From Chrysomallon squamiferum (Eukaryota > Animalia > Mollusca), in the NCBI GenBank assembly GCA_012295275.1, contig CM022665.1:30256001-30320000 (forward strand): DNA of 64,000 nt, read 5' to 3'. Made by a program: the position numbers and the translations under genes. Shown piece by piece: positions 51,470 through 63,752 of this stretch. Under the pieces are notes generated by a model that searched no databases, was not told where the DNA came from, and worked only from the letters and a program-made list of their open reading frames with translations. Within the stretch, counting starts at the first letter, position 1, and every line of letters begins with the position of its first letter.

Positions 51470-54400
51470 TAATCAAAGTTATTAAGTAATTATGGTAGCC
51501 TACTGGTTTAGTATAATACATATTTAAAATACAAAGCTAATATTATTGGATCATATATTGTGGAAAATATTAGGTTAATCTATGATATTATGCTTTATAC
51601 CAAACAGCATGATATCATTGGATTATTATAATAGATTTCAAAGAAACCTTTGATTCAGTATCTTGGTTGATTGTAAATAAAACACTGTTATTTTTAATTT
51701 TATTTAAAGCAATTAAAAATTGGATAAAAAGACTACACAATAACTCATTGATACAAATGGTATTATCCATGATATTAATGATATCACTAAAGGCAATGAA
51801 GAATATGTTATATCATAATATGCAGAGGATACAGGTTTTATACTTGATGGTTCTCCTGATTTCCTATACAATACACAATCAGATTACTATGCCTCTAAGT
51901 TCTATCTCATGTCTAAAAATTAATTATTCTAAGTCAAAATCAGTTTGGAAAGGAAAAAGTAAATGTTTTCCAAAGTTGTTTATCATCATACTGGATGGAA
52001 GCTGGAATGGGAATTTATAATATTAATATTGTTATTTATAAAGTTAAGTTATTTTCAACTTTACCAAATCCAAGTGAAATGTTAGTACAACATGTACATT
52101 TTTAATTTATTTGGCTTAATAAACCTGAAAAGTTAAAAGGCAATTTAATACTGCAAGATTACAAATATAGGGTATTAAAATGATAAACATTTTCAATTTT
52201 AAGGCAGCCTTAAAATGCACATGAATTAAAAGAATGTTCTTAAAAATATGCAAATGGGCAACTGTATTTAAATCTGTAACAAAAATATTACCAGATGATT
52301 GATTATGGTACAGTGACCATTTTATAAAGTGCAAAAATGAACAAATAATAAATAGTTTTTGGAGAAACACTCATACTTTGACTAAATGTAATAAACAGCT
52401 TAAGCAATGATGTTTGACATATAACGGATAATAAACCATTTTATATAAATGCTATTTCAAGAATGGCATATGTTTTATAATTATAAATGTCTTATTAAAT
52501 GAACACAGAAATTTTTTAGCATATAAATAATTTATTACAAAATATAATATAACTTCAAATTTCCTTGAATATGTTCCATTAGAACTTTCATACATAATTT
52601 AGATTTATTTGAATGATGATACCTTTACAAGTGTTCAAAATCCTGTTTTTCCTTTTAAATTGAATATTTTCCTCAAAAATAAAAGCAGCTGCAAATATAT
52701 ATATATTTGAGCTATTAAATTCTAAAATGGTTATTCCAAAACCTTTCATACAGTATGAAAAGCATGGATGTATTTGTGATTACAGTATTATCTTATACCA
52801 GTAGAAATTTTAAAAGACTTAAATATGTCTTGCTTCCAGTACTGAATTTTGCATAGAATTTAAACTACTAATACACTTTTACATATGGTTCATATAATTA
52901 ATACTTGTAGTTTTTGTAATAATCTCCCTGAAACAATGCAATATTTATTTTTTGAATGTAATATCATTTATCATCTATGGGATAAAATACATTCATGGAT
53001 ATTAAAAGATATAACAAATAATGAAAACAGTAACTTTGTAAACTGCTTAAAAAATCTTTTACAAAAATTGTAATTACGAAAAATTCAAAAATCAGTGAAA
53101 GTTGTGGCTGAATTTTTTTTTTCTTAAATTAACACTATAATTTAAATTAAAAAAGGAAAATCACAAAGATTAAATATATATCGTAATATTATTACCTTTC
53201 TCTGTTGTCTTTTTATCATACTTCTGTTCACCATATTTCCACCACATTTTATTTATATGCTAATGTATTAATACGTATTTGAATGTATATGTATAATGAT
53301 GCATCTGTAAGTGAGTGTGTATATATGTGTGTGTATTTGTATGCATGTTAATGCAGATATGTGTCTGTAACCAGTTATTTTTCTGGAACAATAAAACATC
53401 TTTAAACAAAACAAAATAATAATAATAATAAGTCTGTATAACTTAAATATTTATAATTGCATATACATGCTTTATAGATGATCTCTTAAATTTTTATTTT
53501 ACATTATTCATTAGGAAATGTCAACGCCACTTTGAATGTGGGAGCTTCTACATCATCTACCACAAATTCAGCATCCAACAAGTTTTATGACAACATTTAT
53601 TTTGATTCTGAGGAAGAAGAAGAAAAGGGTATTTCCATCCATATTTTTTATTTTTTATTTTTGAAACATACTTATTGAGTGTGATGTAATATTTTAAAGA
53701 TAATTTGTAGTAATTATAGTAAAACTTTTATCTTCCACATCTTATTTTGTTTTTATTGAATAGTAATCTGGTCTTATATTTTTGTTTTTAATGGGGTTTT
53801 TTGTGTGTTTTATTTAAATTCTCAATATTTTTTACATATTTCTTTTATTTCAGAAAGTACAGGATCAAAAAGAAAACATCCAGTGATATCTAATGATGAT
53901 TTGTTGTATGATCCAAACATGGACAACGATGATCAGAAATGGGTTGACAGACAGCGACAACGTTGTCGCCCACAAAATAACAATTCTGGAAATAATGGAA
54001 AAGTGAAACCACTGCCCAGCAGTGATGCAGTCCTTGACTGTCCAGCATGTATGACAACTGTGTGTATGGACTGTCAGAGGTATTGTAATAATACCTTAAT
54101 ATTTAGTTCATTCTTAAATTAACTTTCAAAAAAGGTAACTTCTTAACTAATCTGTAAATGGTATTTTATATGTTTTTGGAAATAACTTGTTCCTTGTCAG
54201 ATGTTCTGCATTGTATATGTAATTGTAATTGTCATACTTATATTTTTAATAAAACAGTATATTATATGCTGATGTTGATGCTGTAAATGTTATTCAAATT
54301 TTTTGGCAACAAAGACATTGAAACTGAAGAAAAAAAAAAACTAATAACAAAAAAAAAAAATGTGAAATATTTCTAGTTAAAGTCTTAAAATATCTGTTTT

Positions 54401-54802
54401 GTAAATACACAATATCACCTTGAATCATGATATTTAGGAAAAATAATACATGAAAGGATAATAAATACTGATACAAAATTTAATGAATGCAACATTTGTT
54501 ATATAATAATTAAAATTAAATTTTATTTTTTATTCAGACACGCAACATACTCAAACCAATATCGAGCCATGTTTGTTATGAACTGTGTTGTTGATACCTC
54601 AGAAGTCCTTAAATATCCAAAAGAAATTGGAAAAAAGAAGAAAAAGAAAAAAAGAAGACAGTCAAATAATGATACCACAAATGAAGAGACTGATGAAGAT
54701 AAATATAATCCTGTTAAATGTGCAGAATGTGGAACTGTGGTTGCCATGTATGATCATGATGAAATCTATCATTTTTTTAACATCTTGGCCAGTCATTCCT
54801 GA
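50598..54802 (+). CDS. EAPP: E2F-associated phosphoprotein, whole gene span (5 exons, 846 nt, 281 aa)
   Basis: Motifs ILHGTP, SSSEDEFEKEME.EL, FYDNIYFDS, NDDLLYDP..D..DQKWVD, SDAVLDCPACMTTVCMDCQRH, YRAMFVMNC, YNPVKCAECGTVVAMYD.DEIYHFFNILASHS* match human EAPP as recalled; phases consistent. Confidence 0.96.
51033..51199 (+). CDS. EAPP: EAPP exon 2 (SDDEIEIILHGTP...SSSEDEFEKEME...)
   Basis: tttcag/gttagc, 167 nt, phase 2>1. Confidence 0.92.
51548..53431 (+). mobile_element. Degenerate, 5'-truncated, internally deleted L1/Tx1-type LINE (ORF2 RT and zf-RVT remnants, 3' tail) in EAPP intron 2
   Basis: Broken-frame motifs in correct order: YI.ENIRLIYDIM (~51555), IDFK..FDSVSW (~51630-51666), IS*YAEDT for ISQYADDT (51810-51833), KINYSKS..VW.G, LPNPS, FIW..KPEK, FQY*ILHRI (~52835), CSFC...ET..LFFEC...LW (ORF 52885..53073); AATAAA 53390-53395 and A/(TAA)n tail. 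Confidence 0.88.
53515..53628 (+). CDS. EAPP: EAPP exon 3 (..KFYDNIYFDSEEEEEK)
   Basis: cattag/gtattt, 114 nt, phase 1>1. Confidence 0.92.
53854..54079 (+). CDS. EAPP: EAPP exon 4 (..NDDLLYDP..SDAVLDCPACMTTVCMDCQ)
   Basis: tttcag/gtattg, 226 nt, phase 1>2. Confidence 0.95.
54538..54802 (+). CDS. EAPP: EAPP exon 5 (HATYSNQYRAMFVMNC...FFNILASHS*)
   Basis: attcag acceptor, TGA 54800-54802; basic NLS-like KKKKKKKRR. Confidence 0.96.
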
Positions 54803-56876
54803 AACAGTAATGACTGTAATTTTACTGAGTTATTTTTGCATGAGGGTACTGAATTTAAAGAAAAGTCACTTCTGCAAAAACGTTAACAGATTTATAATGA
54901 AAATTATAAGCAGATTCATGAAGAAGACTACATCATACATAGATAGATCCACACTATCTTTTTTTTTTACTTTCTTGACCATTATTTTCTTTTCTTTACG
55001 AAATCATTTTATTTAGATTCCTCATTATTTTTTTGCTGACCATTTTTTTTTATTGATCAATTTACCATAACATACATTAAATCAAAGGCCATTTCTTTTT
55101 AAAAAAAAGAAAAAAGAAATAATCTCTCTCTCATCTGTACAGATAGTTATAGCAATTAAAAACAGAAAAACATTGTATGTAATTCCTATTATATTTGCAA
55201 TATTTGCAAAACCAAGAACAGCATAAGCTACTGTACAGTGTAATTGGATATTTGTTTTCATGAATGACAGACAAACTATAAACTAGAGGTTGTACAATAT
55301 GAAAATGAAATTAAATAAATAAATATATTGCTGAATAATAATACTTTCAAATAAAAATTTTAAAAAATTATATGTATTTATGTAAAATGTGACTTATTCC
55401 ATATAATTATTTTATTTATATTTATATTTGATAATAAACTTTTTGAAATGTTCATGTATTTCTAATCAAAGCCAATATTTTTTCATGTACATGGACTAAA
55501 TGCACTTTGTGTCTTTTAGAGTCATTCATTGATTTGTTTATGGTAACTGATCTTTGTTAATATTAAAGGATGATACAAAAATAAATATTAAAGCAGTGTA
55601 AAGGAAGCTGATATTTTGTAAATAAAAAGGTAAATAATTTTTAATTTATTTTTTAATTTATTTTCTTTTTATATATTAACTTGCCAGTTATTGTCTTAGT
55701 CATTGATGATATTTTCCAAATTTTCTGTTCTTTGAAAGGAAATATCTGCCACAATAAATCTTCCAGATCATGATATATTTTTCGCTGACAAAGACCAAAC
55801 CCTAGTAACAGTAACTTTAAAAGATCCAAAATATATTCATGTTTATATTACCAAAAGTACGTTTTAAACATTTATTTATTCATTATTAACACAATTTTAA
55901 TTTCTGAAACGAACTAATTAAATATTGTTTTAAAAGTTCAAAACATTCTAGTTATGTCATTGTTTTTGAATATAGACGTGTTTAATTACAAATGCCTTTC
56001 TTTTTACGCATAACAAGAGTTACTGCCCTTCGAACCGCTGATCGAAAGTTCAGAAACACTAGAACGTAAAATAAATATGTTTTAACGTCAGACAGGTTTC
56101 AATACAGTACTCTAGAATAGCATCTTTATTTTTAAATGTCTGCATATGAATGAAAAAGTTTTGTCATTTTAGTTCTTCAGAAGAAAAAATGATATTAAAA
56201 ACATCTTTAATCTTAATTGTACTCATTACCCAACGCCGTTATTCTGAATATATTAAAATAATATTTATGATTCGCCATTATCACTTCTGATTAATAGAAC
56301 ATGATAACTCCTGGATGCTTGGATTCGTTTAAATAGGTATGGACAGTTTATGTCCGATAAAATTATACACCATTACGGACATTGATTTCTTAAAGAAATA
56401 TTGTTTTTATGTTAGACTATGTTAAAGAATGGAGAGGCGGGGTTACTGCCTGTTTTTACTTCCTGAAGCAATTTCGCTACAAATCACCATTTCTGACACA
56501 CGTGAATAGCAAGCTTGCCGTGATAAAAAGTATATAATGAAACCTAACCCGATGTAACCAATTATCGACAACACCAATTACCAAAAAGAATCGTAATCAT
56601 GCTTTTTGTTATTTTATTTAGAAAACGTTTTAGCTTTATAGTGGGTCGTTTTGTATTACCTTGCAAGGCAGTCGACATTAAGTGGCAGACAGCCAATTTA
56701 GATGCATATTCTGCATTGTGTCAGGCCTAAAATAGACCATAGTTCCATCATTTGACACGTTACGTGTTAGAACGGTGAAAATCATTTTCAGTATTCAGTA
56801 TCAGAATATGTTTTAATAAAATTGTTAAGTATTTTGACCCAGACAGTAGGCCTTAATATTTAAATGCAGAGTGGCA

Positions 56877-56877
56877 T

Positions 56878-56934
<57 letters not shown>
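56877..56934. repeat. compound (TG)n(AG)n microsatellite
   Basis: direct reading. Confidence 0.92.
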
Positions 56935-56940
<6 letters not shown>

Positions 56941-57554
56941 TAATTTATCATATAAAAAAAAAGAAGAAAGAACGCATGTATCCGATTACATCGGTTAACC
57001 ATGGTTTTCATGAAATAGCCATTGTAATAGCTTATAACGTACTAGTTTAATTTGTTGACCACCGCTGTTTATGTGACAAACGAAACCTGAACAACGGATA
57101 AAGGTAACAAAAAGTAACTTTTTCTTAAGATATGTACATTTTGAACCGTAAAATATTTTGGCTTTAAGATTTTATTTTGTAACATGATTTACCAAATCGA
57201 TAAAATGATGCCACAACTTTTGGTCTTTTTTTCGGACGAACAGAAGTTAATACGGATGAGCATGCAGAAAAGCACGGGTGCGAACAGCAATGCGCGTTTA
57301 CATATAATTACACACATCTTTTTATTTAAAAAAAAATAAAATAATACTAAGAATAATGAAATAGAAGGGACTAATTAACTAAACATAATTACACAGTTTT
57401 CAAGCAGTTAGGTATTTAGAAATCCACTAAAGCAGCACATCGTCTCGATTCTCTCAGGTGTATAAATAAACACGATCAGGGATGGGAAGAAACATGTTAA
57501 AATACGTCGCATTTAAAAAATCTTAATGTGAAAATAAAAATAATAATAATCGAA

Positions 57555-57559
<5 letters not shown>

Positions 57560-57630
<71 letters not shown>
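57560..57630. repeat. (TTTA)n(TTA)n microsatellite
   Basis: direct reading. Confidence 0.9.
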
Positions 57631-57632
<2 letters not shown>

Positions 57633-57957
57633 AACCTTGCTATGTAAAGTGGTAAATAAATAAATAAATAAATAAATAAACAAGTCTGCTGAAAAAAGTG
57701 TATAACTGTACTGGATCTGGAATATGTTTTTGTAGTTAAATATTTTTCTTAAAACAACGCAAAACTTTTACTTCCATACCTTCTCACAAGAATTGCTCTG
57801 TTAGTATCGTACTCGTTCATATGTAATAAAGTATCGAGTTCAAATTGAGCAATTATTTGAACGTATACAAAATATAGTTTCAACTCTTTACTTGAAATTA
57901 CTGGCGATGAAAGAGGATTTTGAAGACACTCTAAATCAGAAAAACCCTCAAAACATA

Positions 57958-57976
57958 CACACACACACACACACAC

Positions 57977-58068
<92 letters not shown>
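57958..58068. repeat. (CA)n(TAA)n(TAAA)n compound microsatellite
   Basis: direct reading. Confidence 0.9.
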
Positions 58069-58069
<1 letters not shown>

Positions 58070-58261
58070 AAAGGAAAAAAAAAAGGATAGGGAAATTTCA
58101 TCCATTCTTTTTTTCCTAATCATGTATTATTATTATTTACTGTTTATTATACGTTTACAAACCTGAATGTAATGCTCTAGTTTATTACATAAATTGTTTT
58201 AAGAATTTGTTATATTTATATATAAATGATATAATTTTGAACATCAGTGCAGTCAGTTTTA

Positions 58262-58298
<37 letters not shown>

Positions 58299-59289
58299 CA
58301 AAATAGAACAAAATATAATCAAGGGTGTTAATATTGTAGCAGGGGATCTTGAAGTTCATAAAAACAACTGTCACCTTATTTTGACAGACCGAGGTTAACA
58401 TTCAAGATAACATGAATTTGTCATAAATAAAAATGTCGCCGTCGTCAAAAACAAGAAGAAGAGGAATAAAAATTTGTTCATGAAGACTACTAACCTGGAT
58501 CCAGACCTAACCTAACATGCACACAGTTGTAACTGGATTTCTACAGAAAATTTAAATTATACAGGCGTAAGTTGTCATTATTACAGTAGACACCGTTACC
58601 ATTGTCTTTGCATCTTATCCAATCATTTCCTTCGCACGAGCGATTATTTTTATTACGTTCTTTTTTTTTTTTTTTTCCTTAACGCCTGTAACATATCTCT
58701 TAACTGAAGTGTCAGTCGGAATATTTGCTTTAATTCTTTCTGTTTATAGATTCCAAGACAGTTACACATATAGAAAATCGTCAACTATGGGACAGCGCTC
58801 GATACCTCTGAGTTGTAAGCTGTCGCTGTTTCGCGATCGCAGTCTCCTATTAGAGGTTATTTATTAGAAATAACGGCTGCTATCGTAAGTTAGTGCACGT
58901 ATTCTGCTGTCTCAATGGCGATCCCAAAGGTAAATGGACTATTAGAATTTTCATATCGAAACCATCTCTCTCGTAGTGAGCTTCTCACGATAATGAAGTA
59001 TGGGGTTGTTGACTGGAAATCAGAAGTACATTGTGTTTATGTTTGTGTATTTATACGTGTATGTATGTGTCAATATTTGAAATAATATTTCCCAGAGGAA
59101 GCTGTGTTTACACTCTTCTGATTCATTTTCCCACCTTATGTTTGTTCTTAATTACCTTTATTTATTTATTTATTATCATTAGTAGTAGTAGTAGTGTTTT
59201 TGTTGTTGTTGTTGTCTGATTTTGTTTTTTAATTAATTAATTAATTAATTAATTTATTTATTTATTTATTTATTTATTATTATTATTAT

Positions 59290-59326
<37 letters not shown>

Positions 59327-60096
59327 CGTTTGGTCTCTGATAATGTACTGAGCAATAGCTAAAATACAGAACAACAACATAAGCCTTCTACCCACACTTA
59401 CAGCGCTATTTCTCGCTCCAGATACTACTCCACTTATTTATTTGCTTTTCTTTCTGCGAGATGGTTGATATAAAATACTTCTTCCTGCTAATCTTTAAAA
59501 GCATTCATTGAATGGCTGCATTAAGTTTTAATAAATGTTAATATTAAAATGCGCAAAACATTAAGTCATCCGTTAAATATGTATTCATTCATTCTGATAT
59601 TATTTAAATCTTATTTTTATATCTTATTTTAATGTATATTTTTTCAAATTTTGTTTTCTATTTTTCTTTGTTGATATTTTAAATATTATTGTTATTAGCA
59701 GTAGTAGTAGTAGTAGTTGTAGTAGTAATAGTAGTACATTGTAGTATATTGTATTTTGAACAGACCGTGATTATTAATGTAAACTTTTTTTTAATGTTAG
59801 GGATACTGAATAAAAGCATAAAATAATAAAATAAAGTAACAGTTTAAAACAAATAATATAGATAAAACACATTTGCAAAAGCTTTATGCAACCCAAGCAC
59901 ACATACAAAAACATAATGAAAATGACAATAATACCCAAATAAACTCTAAGAACAAAACATATAATCAAATTATTTTTAAAATCACTCCAGTTTGTTTTTA
60001 AAATCTTTCTTCGCTAACATTACAGAAAAATATTCGGTCAATAAACGACTGTCGAAAGATTCCAATGTGTAATGATGGTTAACAACAATGGTGTTT

Positions 60097-60098
<2 letters not shown>

Positions 60099-60162
<64 letters not shown>
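60099..60162. repeat. (CT)n microsatellite
   Basis: direct reading. Confidence 0.95.
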
Positions 60163-60166
<4 letters not shown>

Positions 60167-60485
60167 GTTTTTGTTGTTGTGTTGCTGTCTTATATTCAAA
60201 TTTACTGAAGAAAAATATTCGTTGTAGCCGATGTCCCAAAATAATCGGAGAACAATTCGATATGAGATGGTATCATGAAAGTATTTCTGATAAACATTCT
60301 GGTTGCAGAAAAATATTTAATTTAATTATAATAGCTTTTATGAGATAGATTTTTAAATGATCTATAACATTACACAGTACACTGGGAGGCACATACGAAG
60401 CCACATGCAACCCTGATATAATTTTTTTTTTTTTTTTTTTTTAATTTTTAAAATGTGTTCTTTTTAAAAACAATTTTTTTAAAAA

Positions 60486-60522
<37 letters not shown>

Positions 60523-61462
60523 ATTAGCAGAGCTTTTTATTTTCTGCAATGAAACTCATCATAATTATGTTGTTCCTCTTCACTGAAACCTTGGATTCCA
60601 CTCCTGTGTACACGGACTCATTTTCACTATGCATTATTTATTAGTCTTTAATATCAATAAAGGAATACACGTCAGTAAGCAAATAAATAAATAAAACCGA
60701 CAGTCACACTATTTTGATACTTCGTTGTGATCGTTCGTTAGGGATCTTACATCATATTTAATCATACAATCGATCAATAATCGATTACCAGTTATCGATG
60801 AGGAAACGGAAACCTATTCTCTTGCACAGTAAACTAACTTCTTTTTTTCATTCTTTCTTTTTTATCTCTCATTATTTTCTAGGGTCTCATTTTATTTCCC
60901 AGTCTTCATAATTTATATTTGTATGCGACTCATCGCTAACCTAACAAGTTTATCTTTTAAAGGTTTATTGGAATTAGCCTGAAAGGTAAATGAAATCAAT
61001 GTAGTTGATCCTTTATAACAAACACAATAATAAAACTCCACTTATTTACTTGTACATTCAGAATCAAGCGAGACAGAATTGTTAAACGAGGCTTATAACA
61101 TTGGGAATGACCATGTTTTTTTATGAGATTACGGAGTTCCTAAGTGATGGAACACCACTGAAATATTTATGAAGTTGAGGCAGAGATGAAGTTTGTCCAA
61201 TAGATTTTTAGTCATCTTCGGAAACTAATGTCACTTTCTTCCATTTCAGTTTAGCTTATTTTATACTTATCTAATTAAGATAAAGTTCGGAGACATCAAA
61301 TCTAGGAAAACGGGCTAGAAGCGTAGAGATGACTTAATATTTCACGGTCTCCCACATTTATGGCTTGTAATCCCAATGTTACCAGTGATACAACCTTAGT
61401 GTTACACCATATTTTAGTAATTTGATTATAGTACGGATTTTTTTCTTCTTCTTTATGTATTA

Positions 61463-61503
<41 letters not shown>

Positions 61504-61507
61504 TATT

Positions 61508-61547
<40 letters not shown>

Positions 61548-61892
61548 TTATTTTTTTTTATATATTTATTTTATTTTATTATTATTTTTATTAATTTTTA
61601 ATTTTTTAATCTTTTTAAAAAAAAATTTTTTTTTTTTTTTGGTCAGAGCTGTATGTGTTAAGAAAGTCAAAATTAAATCGACATAAAAAACAAAAACAAC
61701 AACAACAAAGAAACCAAATCAATACAGTACACAGAGTGAATTTAATACGTATCTGTAATTATTGTTATAATCTACCCTTGAGAACTAATAAGAAAACACT
61801 TGTTTTAATTTATTATTTTCATGCAGTATTTAGGAAATGATCTATTTATTATTGAATAATTTATTTATTTCTTTTATGTTATCTAAGTTTTG

Positions 61893-61932
<40 letters not shown>

Positions 61933-63162
61933 AAAGAAAAAGTAAGAAATGAGAATAATAATGTAATAAAATAAAATAAAATAATAAATTATTTATCCTT
62001 TAAATTCTCTTTTCATCATGTCAACAAAAAATAAGAGAAAAAGAAAGGTATATATATATAGTCTCAAATACATCAAAGCAGAAATATCTAATCTCACTCC
62101 GTTGACTGTCTTCTTATTAATTCTATGACAAACTTTTGGCTCCACATTTATATTTCTATCTGGTGAAAAGTTCAGTAAAATATCAGTCACGTCATTCTGT
62201 GATTTTAATCATGAAGAAAATTTCTGCACTAAAACAATGTAACAGAACCAATCTTAATCTACGTCATGACTCTCCATGACACTGTATGTCATTATTTAGG
62301 CAGAGCGCCCTTCAAAGAACAAATACGAAATAATGGATTTTCTGTTAGATCGATAGAATATGACAATCTATTATTGTTGTATCAGAAAACTTATATCTGA
62401 TCTACATTGCGTGACCGGGTTTTGTTGAAAATGAGAGAAATAGGCCAAATTGTGTAAAACTGTTGGATCAATGAACATAATGGAAGCAACGCTCACTGAT
62501 GCGTGTTGCCAGTTTTTAGACGCCGTTTAAGATTTTTAATGGTGCCTCTGGATATCACCTGAGCACACCGTGCACTAATCGCTTTTTAGATAACCAACAC
62601 TGAAAATTTACAGTTAACAAAAATCTATACTATGACAGTGTTAGCCAAACAATGCTGTTATAACACTAATTATTACAAACTCGTTTCACATATTCACCAG
62701 AGCCTGCAGAACGTTATATTGCTTCTAAATGTCATCGTCGGGTCTGAGTGGTTTTATTTTTATATATGTATTTATTTTTAGTTTATATTCTAATGGTGAA
62801 TGCTATGCCCCTTCATTGATTTCTGATTAACTTCATTATTTTATTTCGTAGATTTACAATTAGTTTGACAGTGCATGGTTGTTATGTAACTGGAAATGAT
62901 TAATGTTGGTTATTTATTTATCTGGACATTTGGATTTACGTCTGTATATAAATGTGTGTGTCTCTAAATGTATAGGAATAAAATATAATACATGTGCATG
63001 TAAAGAGAGAAAAACTGACTAATACGTAGACAAACTAGGAATGAACTAAAATAAATTTAAATAATAATAATAATAATAAAATAATAAATAAATAAATAAA
63101 AATTATGACTATGCTACTTAAGAACTGAAACTCAAAGGTAGAAAATAATTATAATAATTTTA

Positions 63163-63188
63163 CTATTATTATTATTTTATCATCATCA

Positions 63189-63235
<47 letters not shown>

Positions 63236-63283
63236 GTCATTATTAATAAACATAAACGTAATAACAATAACAACAACAACAAC

Positions 63284-63325
<42 letters not shown>

Positions 63326-63340
63326 TAAATAATAATAATA
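63163..63340. repeat. (ATT)n followed by (CAA)n/(TAA)n microsatellites
   Basis: direct reading; source of low-complexity ORFs. Confidence 0.9.
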
Positions 63341-63644
63341 AACGCCAAAACAACAGCAAACAAATTAAAAAAGGAAAAACATGCCGTGGATTACAAACAT
63401 CAGTCGCTCCTGTGATCAAAGTGTTTTCAAAAGGTGACAGATAATTCAGTATAGGTGTTATATTAATATTAGTTGATGGCACCATGCTGACGCTTAACAT
63501 GAAATTGCTGTCAAGTGAAGACTGCGTTGAAGCCAAACGCTGGAACATCCACCGACGCAAATGTCAAGCGCATCCAGCTGTCAAAGAAAATAGTTCGGTT
63601 GATACGAAATTTTAGTGTTGGCCACTGGAGTATTTTATTTCAAG

Positions 63645-63752
63645 CTAGCGCGTGCTTCTTTGGCAGACGACATTTCCCTGGAGGTCCAGGAAAATTAATT
63701 TCCAGTAATGTGTTGCATTTAGGAGGCTATAGTTGCGGTTAGCAACGGGACC
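63645..63752 (-). CDS. Probable terminal coding exon of an unidentified gene continuing beyond the window (GPVANRNYSLLNATHYWKLIFLDLQGNVVCQRSTR*)
   Basis: aaacag acceptor at 63753-63754; longest of the three frames (35 codons then TAG); GC-rich, protein-like; AATAAA just after the stop; family not recognised. Confidence 0.6.
   Translation of the reverse strand, partial: GPVANRNYSLLNATHYWKLIFLDLQGNVVCQRSTR

Noticed and set aside
51667-53073. ORFs 51667..52020, 52116..52370 and 52885..53073 as genes
   Set aside because: Fragments or shadows of the dead LINE
120-54802. U12-type or non-canonical introns, intronic snoRNA or tRNA genes
   Set aside because: All assembled introns are GT-AG without the GTATCCTT donor; no convincing C/D, H/ACA or cloverleaf seen by eye. 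Infernal and tRNAscan-SE would be needed to exclude them.
54585-55016. 143-aa ORF overlapping EAPP exon 5
   Set aside because: Alternative frame running into the 3' UTR; no real start, low complexity
57749-63363. Poly-I, poly-L, poly-F and SL-repeat ORFs
   Set aside because: Translations of microsatellites and homopolymer runs
63243-63742. ORFs 63243..63560 (-) and 63515..63742 (+)
   Set aside because: The first lies past the stop of the candidate exon and runs into microsatellite; the second is antisense. Readthrough of the TAG meets another stop within 11 codons.
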